Part shown: positions 35,778 through 45,413 of the stretch, one piece after another | Position numbering within the stretch: the stretch's first letter is position 1 | Layout: every line of letters begins with the position of its first letter | Source: Pyrinomonadaceae bacterium | GTDB lineage: Bacteria > Acidobacteriota > Blastocatellia > Pyrinomonadales > Pyrinomonadaceae | NCBI GenBank assembly: GCA_035941655.1 | Contig: DASZDU010000161.1 | Location: 2,478 to 66,477, forward strand | Direction of reading: 5' to 3' | Length of the DNA stretch: 64,000 bases | Program-made: the position numbers and the translations under genes | Notes under the pieces: model-generated | What the model was told of the DNA's origin: nothing | Seen by the model: the letters and a program-made list of their open reading frames with translations, nothing else | Databases searched by the model: none

Positions 35778-37328
35778 TCAAAACTTCGATTCCGCCAAAC
35801 GCCTTCGCGCCGCTTCATACATCACGTCTTCCTGCGGCGCCTCACCGGTCCACAACTTGTACTGTTCTGTTGCCTGTGCGACCAGCATTGCCAACCCACC
35901 GAGCGTATCGGAGCCAGCTTCCCGCGCCTCGCGAAGAAATCTGGTGTCAGTGGGATTGTAAACTAAGTCGTATGCCAGGCGCGCACCGCGAAGTTGCATT
36001 GCCTTCGCGGGTGTTTCGTCTACAAAGGCTCCCAGCGTTCCCAGCGGGGTGGCATTAACAACCACGTCAAAGCCTTCAAAGCGCGCATCTTCCAGACTGA
36101 ATGACTCTACGCCAAAACGTTGGCCCAAGGCCCTGGCTTTCGTAATGTCTCGCGAAAAAACTGATGCCACCGCACCTGACGCTATCAGGCTATACAACGC
36201 TGCACTGGCTGACCCTCCCGCCCCAATAACGGCGCAACGTGCATCTCGCAAATCACCACCGACAGCCAGCAAGGGTTTGATGAAACCCGCAGCATCAGTG
36301 TTGTAACCATGTAGCGCGTCGTCCTGCACGACGATGGTATTGACGGCCCCAATTTGTGCCGCGCCGGGCTCGATCCAATCAAGACACTCCATCACAGCTA
36401 ACTTATGTGGTGCCGTCACACTTAAGCCACGCAGGTTCCACACTAGCTCGCGCGTGTGCGGATGAATCATGCGCCTGAGGAAAGCGTTTACATCATGGAT
36501 CTCGAACGGAATATAAACGGCGTTCGCAGCGGCCGCGGCAAATGACGCATTGTGCATGTGTGGCGAAACGGAATGCGAAATCGTCGCTCCGATTAAGCCA
36601 AAAATTGCGGTCTGTCGGTCGATGCTGCCGATTCGATAGAGTTCCTGCAGCTCGCGTGCTGAGGTTTGCCCCGGCGCGGTCGCGCTTTGAGTTTCCAGCG
36701 AAGCGTAAGTGAGGTAGCCTCCGCGCGAAGGTCCCAAAATGCGCGTGGCAATTCCGGCCGTGCCCATAGCGATCGCAATCATCTCTCGACCTTCTTCACG
36801 CGCGCGTTCAAGTACATTGAAAACGGGAAGACAATCGATCGCGTCGTGAGCCTGGACCGCAATTTTCAAAACGCGCGCGGGCGTGGCAGCCATGCGGTCG
36901 TATATTTGATCCAGCTTCGCCGGAACGCCGCTAAAATCATGGTGAGAACAGATTGTCCGGCGCCAGTCGATTGGTAGAGCAGTGGCTGTTTCGTTCGCAG
37001 TGAACTTCTCAGCGAGATCCAATTCAACGTCATAAAGGCTGTCGGAAAAAATTGCGTCTGACCAAAACGCGTGGCGCGTTTCGATGTCTAAATCACGCTG
37101 ACCTCCTTCCGGCAATGGACGGAAGGTTAGGATGAATTCACCGGGAGCTTTCTGAACAAGTTTAGTAATGAGACCTGTCGCGCTTTGAAGGTTGACGGCA
37201 TCAAGACAATCCAGCCTCAACTCAAGCAGATCACTAACTTCAGCAGCTGACGCTATGGCTCGTTCGAGAGCGGCAATAGTCGGCTCGCAAACTGAAATGC
37301 AAATGCGTGGCTTTTGCGCAGAATCCAT
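35778..37328 (-). CDS. bifunctional 3-dehydroquinate dehydratase (type I) / shikimate 5-dehydrogenase
   Basis: N-terminal AroD-like part (ICISVCEPT.., LLELRLDCL). C-terminal AroE-like part (FGLIGATISHSVSPHMHNASF, VIGAGGSASA). ATG 37328 avoids overlap with the upstream gene; the ORF is open back to 37403. Confidence 0.88.
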   Translation of the reverse strand: MDSAQKPRICISVCEPTIAALERAIASAAEVSDLLELRLDCLDAVNLQSATGLITKLVQKAPGEFILTFRPLPEGGQRDLDIETRHAFWSDAIFSDSLYDVELDLAEKFTANETATALPIDWRRTICSHHDFSGVPAKLDQIYDRMAATPARVLKIAVQAHDAIDCLPVFNVLERAREEGREMIAIAMGTAGIATRILGPSRGGYLTYASLETQSATAPGQTSARELQELYRIGSIDRQTAIFGLIGATISHSVSPHMHNASFAAAAANAVYIPFEIHDVNAFLRRMIHPHTRELVWNLRGLSVTAPHKLAVMECLDWIEPGAAQIGAVNTIVVQDDALHGYNTDAAGFIKPLLAVGGDLRDARCAVIGAGGSASAALYSLIASGAVASVFSRDITKARALGQRFGVESFSLEDARFEGFDVVVNATPLGTLGAFVDETPAKAMQLRGARLAYDLVYNPTDTRFLREAREAGSDTLGGLAMLVAQATEQYKLWTGEAPQEDVMYEAARRRLAESKF

Positions 37329-37365
37329 TGAGGAGATGAGGAACACATCGTTCCCCGAGGCAGGT

Positions 37366-37905
37366 TCATTCGTCGAAATGTCTTGTCGGCGCCTCGGCGC
37401 CAAGATGTCGAGTAGTGCCTTCTGTCACGCTTGGTACGGGAGGCATCAACTCTCCGGTGCGACGGGCGCTGGGTCCGGTCAACATTGGAGACGCTTCATT
37501 ACTGCGATCATTCGGGAGGTAAGCGCCGGCCTTGCGTGCACCCGGCAGACTGGCACTTTCCTGTCGACGGGCACCAACTATCGATGCCACGCCTCTGCCC
37601 AGGTTAGAGAAGCCGGGGATGAACAAGGTCCAACCCCAAAACATCCCGGAGGGAAATTTCAACATAATAGCTATTGCGGCCACGATAAATCCCAGGCCCA
37701 TGAAAACGTTTACGATTCCCTTTTCCAGAGAGGGTTCAACCTCTCGTTCTCGCTTTCGGCGCCGACTCCTGCGTGAGCCGTAATCCTCCTGCGCGTGTGG
37801 CAGCTCTCCTGAAAGCGCCTGAGGCAAAAGACTGATGTTCGCTCCGCACACGCGGCAGAAGCTGGCGCCCTCGACATTTTGTGCTGCGCATTTAGGACAA
37901 AACAT
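37366..37905 (-). CDS. zinc-ribbon domain membrane protein
   Basis: Zinc ribbon MFCPKCAAQNVEGASFCRVCGA plus a central hydrophobic segment (VFMGLGFIVAAIAIML). Confidence 0.7.
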   Translation of the reverse strand: MFCPKCAAQNVEGASFCRVCGANISLLPQALSGELPHAQEDYGSRRSRRRKREREVEPSLEKGIVNVFMGLGFIVAAIAIMLKFPSGMFWGWTLFIPGFSNLGRGVASIVGARRQESASLPGARKAGAYLPNDRSNEASPMLTGPSARRTGELMPPVPSVTEGTTRHLGAEAPTRHFDE

Positions 37906-37956
37906 TAGTGCCTCCCATCCGAGCGCCTGTCGCCCTGGTTTGACCTGACGTCGAGT

Positions 37957-38823
37957 TCATCGTTTTGAGTTCTCTGCGGTTCTTTGTCGCAATGCTTCGT
38001 AAAGGATGACGCCTGCTGCTACTGAAACGTTGAGCGATTCTATCTGTCCGAACAAAGGAATACGAACTAATGCGTCGCATCGTTCCCGCACAAGACGATG
38101 CAAGCCGCTACCTTCGCCTCCGAGGAACAGCGCACTAGGTACTCTCCAGTCCCACTGCGTGTAATCGGACGTGCCATCCGCGACCGCGCCAATGACCCAG
38201 ATGTTACGTTGTTTCAATTGCTCTATCAATTGGACCAGATTGGTGACGCGCGCAACCGCAATGTATTCCAGCGCACCCGCTGCCGTTTTAGCCACCGTCG
38301 CAGTCAGCCCAACCGCCCGACGCTCGGGAATAAAGACACCGTTAACACCGGCGCATTCAGCAGTGCGCAGGATCGCGCCCAGGTTTCGAGGATCTTCGAC
38401 TGCGTCTAACCCAAGCACAAGCGGCGGTTCAGCCGTGCCTACTCGTGCGCTTAATTCATCGAGCAGTTCTTCGGCGTCGCGATATGCGGCGGCGGCAGCC
38501 CTCGCGATCACTCCCTGATGGTTCACCCCGGGCAAAGCGCGATCAAGCGCGAACTTCGGAGCGCGGTGCACGGGCACGCGCGCACGTTTGGCAAGGTCCA
38601 GCAGTTCCCGCAAACGTTCATGCCGCGCGCCTTCGACAATCGTGATCTGCTCGAGTTTCTTATTGTTGGCCCGCAGAGCTTCGACGACCGGGATCAAGCC
38701 ATAGATTTGGTTTGACTCACCGGCGTGGTCCCGTAGCTCGTTAGAAGTAGAGTCTGCATCGTTGCGCGAAGTGTCCATTGGGCCTTCGCTCAGCCGCGAT
38801 CGATTCGGCTTTCGATGCGTCAT
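37957..38823 (-). CDS. rlmB: 23S rRNA (guanosine-2'-O-)-methyltransferase, SpoU/TrmH family (RlmB-like)
   Basis: Motifs LDAVEDPRNLGAILRTAECAG, LFLGGEGSGL and IPLFGQIESLNVSVAAGVILYE. Confidence 0.88.
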   Translation of the reverse strand: MTHRKPNRSRLSEGPMDTSRNDADSTSNELRDHAGESNQIYGLIPVVEALRANNKKLEQITIVEGARHERLRELLDLAKRARVPVHRAPKFALDRALPGVNHQGVIARAAAAAYRDAEELLDELSARVGTAEPPLVLGLDAVEDPRNLGAILRTAECAGVNGVFIPERRAVGLTATVAKTAAGALEYIAVARVTNLVQLIEQLKQRNIWVIGAVADGTSDYTQWDWRVPSALFLGGEGSGLHRLVRERCDALVRIPLFGQIESLNVSVAAGVILYEALRQRTAENSKR

Positions 38824-39893
38824 CTGTTCTCTCCGTTCTTTTCATCGCTGAGGCAGTTTTCTTCCACGGAGAGCGGGTTGCTTTGAAAGTGATGACGAAG
38901 TCTCGAATACCGTAAGAATTGTGTTTCGTTATTCACACCGGCAACGCTGCCGAGACTGTATTTGCCCGGCCGTTCGCGTCGCCACCCGGTCGACTCGTTT
39001 TGCTGCTCGGAAGGCCAAACGGCTTCCAGACTCTTTCGCACGGAGTTGAACGAATCGTCGTACTCAACGTGAGGAGCGTGTTGGCGGAACAGCTGAAGTA
39101 ACTTCAAAATGTTTTCACCGGCTAACAATCCTTTGTGGGAACCGAGACAGGAAAAGTCAAAGCTATTTGCCGCGATGCGATAGGGCGTGGCTTGACGTTG
39201 AGTGTAAACGTCAAACACAGTTTCGTCGGCAAAGAATTCGCTGGAATCCAAAATGTCCGCGCGCGCGCCTGTTTTCTCGATCAATTCGACTCGCTTGAAA
39301 ATCAGTCTGCCAGAAACCAATAACGTGAAGTCGGACCATGAAATTTGGATAGCGGGCGTTTCCGGAGATTGATATGCATAAACGCTGAGCTCATCGATTT
39401 CGAGGGCCCGTATTTTAAGGATGCCGGCGCTATCGATGTGCAAGTCAGCGTCTGGCATAATGCAGGAGTTAATTTCCAGGGTACTGAGCCGGCTTCGAAT
39501 CAATCGTGCTTCGTCAATCGTGGCTGCACGCGCCAACGGCAAGGGGAGTGAAGAGGAAAGAATTCGCTCGAGATCGTCTGCTCGCAAACGTAAAAGGTCA
39601 GAAGCTTCTGTCAGTCTTGCAGTAGTCAGATTTACGACGGGAGGCAACAGGATGTTGTTATATCCTTGTTCCCATTTTTCCAGGGGCCTGAGCGCAGGCC
39701 TTTGCAAACTGGCAGTCGTTTCACTTTGCGGCAGCACTGTGCCGCAATAAAGGCAGTTGACGCGTGTGGGCGGGTTCGCTCGCAGGCATTCGTTGCAGCG
39801 CACCAACTGATCGTGCGGGTAGGGTTGAGTGGCATCAGCCGACTCATTAGTTGTCGAGATGGGAAGCGGAACGTTTTCGTTATCTCTGGGCAA
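38820..39893 (-). CDS. hypothetical protein with an N-terminal zinc ribbon
   Basis: Zinc ribbon CNECLRANPPTRVNCLYCG. It overlaps the rlmB start by 4 nt. Confidence 0.7.
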   Translation of the reverse strand: MPRDNENVPLPISTTNESADATQPYPHDQLVRCNECLRANPPTRVNCLYCGTVLPQSETTASLQRPALRPLEKWEQGYNNILLPPVVNLTTARLTEASDLLRLRADDLERILSSSLPLPLARAATIDEARLIRSRLSTLEINSCIMPDADLHIDSAGILKIRALEIDELSVYAYQSPETPAIQISWSDFTLLVSGRLIFKRVELIEKTGARADILDSSEFFADETVFDVYTQRQATPYRIAANSFDFSCLGSHKGLLAGENILKLLQLFRQHAPHVEYDDSFNSVRKSLEAVWPSEQQNESTGWRRERPGKYSLGSVAGVNNETQFLRYSRLRHHFQSNPLSVEENCLSDEKNGENR

Positions 39894-39955
39894 TAGTTCC
39901 TCCAGGACTATGGATTATACGTCGCAATAAAACATCTATCGAACTGTCTACCGTA

Positions 39956-40831
39956 ATGCCTATCCTGTCTAACATGGTCGCCTCAGCTCAGCAAAAGCGC
40001 AGATTAGTTGTCACTCTGCTGTTGTCGACGCTCTATTTGAATGGCTGTGCAGCGCTACAACCACCGGGCCCCACCGGCCCGGCGGCAGCCGGATCGCTTT
40101 ATCCAATTCTATTGATGGAAGACAGCCAAAGGAAAGAAGCGACCGTCATTGCTTTGAATCGGCTCGCGCAGTTGTCTGAAAACATGAGCGAAACACCGCC
40201 TCAGCTTCAACCGATTACGGGCACCATTTTGACTTTGCCGCCAAAGGCTGCATCTAGTCTGTATCTACCAAAGCTTGGAGCTGGCGCTGTAATGAGCGAG
40301 GAGGAAACCAGAGAGTCACTGCGGCGATTTATCAGGGAGTGGCAGCAGCTCATCGGTTCCGATCCGGCAAAGCTTTCGCTGGTCGATAGGATCGATCAAC
40401 CTGACGGCTCGAAGCTCGCAATTTACGAGCAGCGCCCATTTCGTTATCCGATACGTGGAGGCTATGGCAAACTGCAAATCATTTTCGGTGCGGATCGCCG
40501 AGTTATCAGTCTTACCAGCACCTGCATACCAGACGCCGAGCGGATACAAAACGCTCTCTCCGCGCTCAATCTCCGGCCGAAAGCAGAGGACGCCGTACAG
40601 CAACTTCACGACAAGGGTGTGACGTTTTCCGATGCAAACGGAACCAGGACCTTCAGCTTGCCGCCCTCCAGTCAGATAAACCCCAGAGGACTAACCACCT
40701 ACGTCCGACCTGCAAAAACACGAACTGACGCCCTGGAGTTTCATCTCGCCTGGGAAATGGAATTGAACAACGCTCCCGTTAAGTTGGTCTATGTCGACGC
40801 CGTGAACGGCGAAATTGTGGGCGTCGAGTAA
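39956..40831 (+). CDS. hypothetical lipoprotein
   Basis: Start taken at ATG 39956. Lipobox LYLNGC follows a hydrophobic segment. Confidence 0.7.
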   Translation: MPILSNMVASAQQKRRLVVTLLLSTLYLNGCAALQPPGPTGPAAAGSLYPILLMEDSQRKEATVIALNRLAQLSENMSETPPQLQPITGTILTLPPKAASSLYLPKLGAGAVMSEEETRESLRRFIREWQQLIGSDPAKLSLVDRIDQPDGSKLAIYEQRPFRYPIRGGYGKLQIIFGADRRVISLTSTCIPDAERIQNALSALNLRPKAEDAVQQLHDKGVTFSDANGTRTFSLPPSSQINPRGLTTYVRPAKTRTDALEFHLAWEMELNNAPVKLVYVDAVNGEIVGVE

Positions 40832-40931
40832 GCACAAGTCCGCTGCTTGCCGACTGCCTGCTTGACCAATGAACCACAAAAAAGCATTCTAGAACCGTTT
40901 TTAAAAGCCTATTGGAGCCTTCGTTTATCAG

Positions 40932-41660
40932 ATGAATAATTTTGATCCTACGAATAATATCTCATGGCAACTTGGACACCGCGGTAGAGTGGCGGTGTTC
41001 ATTGACGGCAATAACTTATTTCACGCGGCCCGCTTCCATAACATTGATATCGACTACAACAAGCTTCTTCGGGTGCTTCTTGGCGATGGTCGATTACTGA
41101 GAGCGTTTTTCTACACCGGCGTTGACGTGGGGGCGGAGAGACAACAGGGCTTCCTGCTATGGATGAGACGAAACGGATTTCGCGTGATCCAAAAAGAGTT
41201 GAAGACATTCTACGATGGTAGCCGCAAAGCTAATCTCGATGTGGAGATTGCCGTTGACATGTTGTCGCTCGCTGGTCGCTACGATACTGCCGTGCTCGTC
41301 TCGGGTGATGAAGATTTTGTCTATGCCGTAAACGCGGTTGCCTATAAGGGATGCCGTGTCGAGGTTGCGGGCTTTCGTTCCAACACTGCACCTAAACTAA
41401 TCGACGTTGCGGATTATTTTATTGACCTCGGTGAAATTGCGGATCGAGTGCGCAAAGAGGTTATCCATGGTCACCGCTATGACGAACGAGGAATACCCGA
41501 ACAGCAACCGACACAATATCTGCATGAGCAACTTCCGCTTGAGGAAGCTGTAGACGGATACCAGACCGCCTTACGAGTTGTTCTCGAGACAACTCTGGAG
41601 GAGGAATCCGAGCAGTTCACCGCCGCTGCCGATTTTATCCGCATCACTGACGAGCACTAA
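40932..41660 (+). CDS. NYN-domain (LabA-like) protein
   Basis: Motifs VAVFIDGNNLFHAAR and VLVSGDEDF. Confidence 0.82.
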   Translation: MNNFDPTNNISWQLGHRGRVAVFIDGNNLFHAARFHNIDIDYNKLLRVLLGDGRLLRAFFYTGVDVGAERQQGFLLWMRRNGFRVIQKELKTFYDGSRKANLDVEIAVDMLSLAGRYDTAVLVSGDEDFVYAVNAVAYKGCRVEVAGFRSNTAPKLIDVADYFIDLGEIADRVRKEVIHGHRYDERGIPEQQPTQYLHEQLPLEEAVDGYQTALRVVLETTLEEESEQFTAAADFIRITDEH

Positions 41661-41678
41661 CCGAAGGCGCGTTTTTAA

Positions 41679-42062
41679 TTGAGCATGAAGCTGTTCACTA
41701 TCGACGAAGCGAATGCGCTGCTGCCGGCTGTGCGGGAGAGTTTGCAGAAGATCCAGCGCTGTCGCCGGCGTCTGGGCGCTTTTCGCCGCCAAGCCAAGTT
41801 GGCGGCTGAGAATGCAGAACTCGGCGGCGGCGGTATTGAAGGTGGCGCCCTGTACGCGATAGTTCTAACCAACTTCACCGAAGAGATCTCCGAGTTGGAA
41901 GCTTTGGGCGTTCAACTAAAAGATTTTGATCGTGGTTTGGTTGATTTCCCATCTCTTCGCGATGGACGTGTCGTGCTCCTTTGCTGGCAACTGGGCGAAG
42001 GCGAAGAGGTTGAATGGTGGCATGACATGGATGCCGGGTTCGCCGGGCGCACGCCGCTCTAA
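41679..42062 (+). CDS. DUF2203-like protein
   Basis: Motifs MKLFTIDEANALLP, GVQLKDFDRGLVDFP and VLLCWQLGEGEEVEWWH. Confidence 0.7.
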   Translation: MSMKLFTIDEANALLPAVRESLQKIQRCRRRLGAFRRQAKLAAENAELGGGGIEGGALYAIVLTNFTEEISELEALGVQLKDFDRGLVDFPSLRDGRVVLLCWQLGEGEEVEWWHDMDAGFAGRTPL

Positions 42063-42255
42063 CATTTTCCCCCTCACCTTCGTTCCAAGCCGCTTCTGGT
42101 CGCCACCACAACTCCAACGCCTCTTATATTTTCTGATTGACCACTTAAAGTAGTTCCTGATACCATGCGCCCCGACTGCCGGAGGGAACTGACCGATATT
42201 CAGTCAACGCCCCCGGCCAGTTCAGACCCGTTCCCTTTTACGGAGGCAGCTTGGT

Positions 42256-43410
42256 ATGAGATGTCCCGCCTGCGGAGCCCGATACACCAACCGTTCGGCG
42301 AGGTGCCCTGAATGTGGCGCGCTTCAGGATGAAAGTCCAATCGAAGTTTCCCCGAAAGAACCAGTGTCAATCGAGGCCGCGGGAGAACCCGTCCCGACCC
42401 CTGTACAGAAGACTGTTGCTACTTCTAGTTCAAAATCACAACCTGTGGAGAAGACACCTCGTTCGTTGCTCGAATTTCCGGGTGTGAATCGGAGCGCAAT
42501 GCCAGAGTGGCGGAAAGAGTTAGGCGAACGGGTGCGCGAGGTTCAGGAGCGACGTGCGCGGGAAGCGCTGCTGGAGGCTGCGGAAATCTGTCCTTCGTTC
42601 AGCGAACTCGACGCGCGTACAGCTCCGCTGCTTGAGCTCTTGCCGCCGGCAGAAATGCCGGCAATGAATCCGGTGGTTGTGGCAGCGCTACAGCGAATCG
42701 AGAGAGCACGCGCGCAAGTTGGACGCGGTGGCGGTGCAGCGACGGCGATTGCCTACGAGCAACATCCGGCCGAGGAAATCAACCTGACCGCGGCTGAGCC
42801 GATTGACGAGCTCGTTGCGAAGCCCGAGCGAGTGCATACGCTTGCCGTCGTACCAAAGCTGGAATCGATGGATCCGGAGCTGCCGAAAGAAACAGCGCGA
42901 CCGGAACCGAAGAAGCCCACGAGGGTTATTGGCGAGCAAAACGATCCGGCTCTCAACTACCTCGATGCCATTCCGAGGTCAGCGCTCGTTGAGAGATGCG
43001 ACTATGCATGCGCCTCTGTGTTCCGCCGCATGCTCGCAGCTTTGGTTGACTTGGCTGTGGCCAGTTTGCTGGCGGCGCCTTTGCTCGCGCTTACTGAGTT
43101 AACAACTCTTCAATGGGAAAATCCACGCGTGGTCGGATTCGCCGTAGGTACGCTGCTAGTTGTTGGCTTTTCATACTTAACACTTAGCGTGGCGTTTACC
43201 GGACAGACGATAGGCATGAAGTTCTTATCTTTGCGAGTTGTCGATGCGCGAAACGGCCTGATACCGACGGGCCGCCAAGCAGCAGGCCGCTCCTTCATCT
43301 ACATACTGTCGTTGGTTGGCGCCGGAGTGACGCTCCTCTACGCGTTCGTCGACACCGAAAAACAGACGGTCCATGATCGTTTCACGCGTACAGTCGTCAT
43401 CCGAGCGTAA
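42256..43410 (+). CDS. RDD-family membrane protein with an N-terminal zinc ribbon
   Basis: Zinc ribbon MRCPACGARY..CPECGA. C-terminal region has three hydrophobic helices and ends with VHDRFTRTVV. Confidence 0.78.
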   Translation: MRCPACGARYTNRSARCPECGALQDESPIEVSPKEPVSIEAAGEPVPTPVQKTVATSSSKSQPVEKTPRSLLEFPGVNRSAMPEWRKELGERVREVQERRAREALLEAAEICPSFSELDARTAPLLELLPPAEMPAMNPVVVAALQRIERARAQVGRGGGAATAIAYEQHPAEEINLTAAEPIDELVAKPERVHTLAVVPKLESMDPELPKETARPEPKKPTRVIGEQNDPALNYLDAIPRSALVERCDYACASVFRRMLAALVDLAVASLLAAPLLALTELTTLQWENPRVVGFAVGTLLVVGFSYLTLSVAFTGQTIGMKFLSLRVVDARNGLIPTGRQAAGRSFIYILSLVGAGVTLLYAFVDTEKQTVHDRFTRTVVIRA

Positions 43411-43458
43411 CACTTGCTAATCGACTAGAATCGGCCCTGTTCTTCGGAGCAGGGCTTT

Positions 43459-44970
43459 TTGCTTGATGTCAGTACAACTGAACAACTGTCAATTCCAAGT
43501 GACGCGGTGAACCAGGACCTCCTAAAAGAGATTGTTGACGAACTAAACGAGCAACTGCCTGGGCGGTTCGTCGGAAAAATTTTTCAGCTATCGCCGTTAT
43601 CTCTCGCGATTGATTTTGGACTAAAGGAAACCGGCTATCTGTTCATCAGTATAGAACCAGCTCGCCCGCGTCTCTATCTGATTAAACGTGCGATTAAAGA
43701 ATTGGAAAGGGCTGCGGTTCCGCTTTCATTGTTTGGCCAATCGCTGCGCGCGACGCTCGGCGGCGGGAGCTTAATGTCGCTCGAGAAAGATGAAAGCGAA
43801 CGAGTGATAAGGCTCTCTTTTGCGGTTTCAAACGATCTGGGCGACACAGAAGTTCACGTTCTGGTTGCTCAATTAACGGGCCGCTCAGCAAACCTCTTTC
43901 TGCTTGATGCTGCAGGCCGGATCGCGCACGCCTGGCGAAATCCGCAAGGCAAAGGACAGCGGCTGGGCGAACTGTATCGTCCTCCCAAGTTGCAAGCAAA
44001 AAGTTTAACCACGCGTTCACCGGCGCTGAACCAAACCTCCAGCATTAGTCGTCAAGACTCAGCCACACTCTCTGAAGCCCTCGACAAACACTATCGCAGT
44101 CTCGACGTCGAGCATGAGTTCGACAGGCTGGCAGCGAATCTGCTCGCAAGCCTGCGAAAAGAAATAGCCAGGCGCACCAAACTGCGGGCGAACCTTAAAA
44201 ACGATTTGGCTGCGCACGGCGAGCCGGACGAACACAAACGTCTTGGCGATCTGCTGTTGGCCAACATCGGTAGCGCAAGACGCGTCGGCAGTCGAGTTAG
44301 TCTCACGGACTTCTATGCCGAGAACACGCCAACCATAGAAGTTGAGATCGACGAAAACGCCACCTTGCAGGAAGCGGCCAGCGAGAGTTTCGCGCGCTAT
44401 ACGAAAGCGAAACGAGCTATTGAAGAGATTGGCGCCAGGTTAATTCAGCTCGATCGGGAGTTGGCGGCACTGGCTCAGAAAAGCGAGAGACTCGAGGCTG
44501 CCATCGCCAGCCGCGATCCGGCTAATTTGGTTCAATTTGAAGAACGGAAGGCGCGTCCTTCAGGCGATCAAAAAAAGCAAAAAGCGTCGCTTACCTTGCC
44601 GGGAATGCGACGCTATCATTCTTCTGATGGGTATGAAGTGCTGGTCGGCAGGACGGCGCGGGATAACGATCAGCTGACGTTTCGTGTGGCGCGTCCCAAT
44701 GATCTTTGGCTACACGCCGCAGACTATCCGGGATCGCATGTCATCGTTCGTAACTCAAGTCGAAATGAAATCCCTCACCGGACGGTCATCGAGGCTGCAC
44801 AGTTGGCGGCTAAATTCAGTCAGGCCAGCAAAGATTCGAAAGTCATGATTCACTACACCCGGAGAAAGTTTCTCACGAAACCAAAGGGTGCTGCGCCGGG
44901 GCTGGTCCGCCTGTCGACCTTTAAGAGCATCACTGTGGAACCAGGCGAAAACATTGAACGAATCAAGTAA
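43459..44970 (+). CDS. NFACT-family protein (FbpA/RqcH-like, ribosome quality control)
   Basis: N-terminal NFACT-N pattern (GRFVGKIFQLSP..). C-terminal NFACT-R/DUF814 (SSDGYEVLVGRTARDNDQLTF, WLHAADYPGSHVIV). The start is uncertain: TTG 43459 or GTG 43507. Confidence 0.85.
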   Translation: MLDVSTTEQLSIPSDAVNQDLLKEIVDELNEQLPGRFVGKIFQLSPLSLAIDFGLKETGYLFISIEPARPRLYLIKRAIKELERAAVPLSLFGQSLRATLGGGSLMSLEKDESERVIRLSFAVSNDLGDTEVHVLVAQLTGRSANLFLLDAAGRIAHAWRNPQGKGQRLGELYRPPKLQAKSLTTRSPALNQTSSISRQDSATLSEALDKHYRSLDVEHEFDRLAANLLASLRKEIARRTKLRANLKNDLAAHGEPDEHKRLGDLLLANIGSARRVGSRVSLTDFYAENTPTIEVEIDENATLQEAASESFARYTKAKRAIEEIGARLIQLDRELAALAQKSERLEAAIASRDPANLVQFEERKARPSGDQKKQKASLTLPGMRRYHSSDGYEVLVGRTARDNDQLTFRVARPNDLWLHAADYPGSHVIVRNSSRNEIPHRTVIEAAQLAAKFSQASKDSKVMIHYTRRKFLTKPKGAAPGLVRLSTFKSITVEPGENIERIK

Positions 44971-45064
44971 GCGGTGAGCAGTGGGCAGTGGGCAGTGATC
45001 AGCAAGATCGGTTTTATACTGCTCGCTGCTTACTGCTTACTGCTTACTGCTCACTGCTCACCGC
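44971..45064. repeat. heptad-repeat hairpin between convergent genes (probable terminator)
   Basis: Left arm gcggtgagcagtgggcagtgggcagtgatcagcaag. Right arm cttactgcttactgcttactgctcactgctcaccgc. Arm differences are all G-to-A. Confidence 0.8.
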
Positions 45065-45068
45065 TTAC

Positions 45069-45290
45069 TCACTTGTAGCGGTACGTAATTCTGCCCCTCG
45101 ACAAATCATAAGGTGACATCTCAACACTGACGCGGTCCCCAACCAGGATGCGAATTCTGTTCTTCCGCATTTTCCCTGAGACAGCCGCGAGCACGACATG
45201 CTGCGTATTGTCGAGTTGCACTTTAAAAAATGCATTGGGTTGCTTGTCGATGATGGTGCCCTCTGCGGGAATCAAATCGTCTCTGGCCAA
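45069..45290 (-). CDS. infA: translation initiation factor IF-1
   Basis: 73 aa, with [52 protein letters not shown]. Confidence 0.97.
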   Translation of the reverse strand: MARDDLIPAEGTIIDKQPNAFFKVQLDNTQHVVLAAVSGKMRKNRIRILVGDRVSVEMSPYDLSRGRITYRYK

Positions 45291-45303
45291 TAGATGCTCC
45301 TTT

Positions 45304-45410
45304 AGTTTCGAGTTTCAAGTTCCAAGTCAGGAATCCTAAGCGTCGAGTCCCAGTTTCAGCCCTCAAGTCCGAAAAACGAACTTAAAACCTGAACCTTGAA
45401 ACTCGAAACT
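45304..45410. repeat. inverted repeat between the helicase stop and the infA start
   Basis: agtttcgagtttcaagttccaagtcagg (45304..45331) versus cctgaaccttgaaactcgaaact (45388..45410). Confidence 0.7.
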
Positions 45411-45413
45411 TAT

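Noticed and set aside
40932-44970. NYN, DUF2203, RDD and NFACT gene run considered as a defence or RNA-surveillance island
   Set aside because: Each is a common conserved housekeeping-type family. No nuclease-ATPase pairs, toxin-antitoxin pairs or other defence signatures are present, and the GC content looks native.
44971-45064. Short tandem repeats considered as a possible CRISPR array
   Set aside because: The repeat unit is only 7 nt with no spacers. The two repeat blocks are reverse complements of each other and form a hairpin. There are no cas genes in the window.
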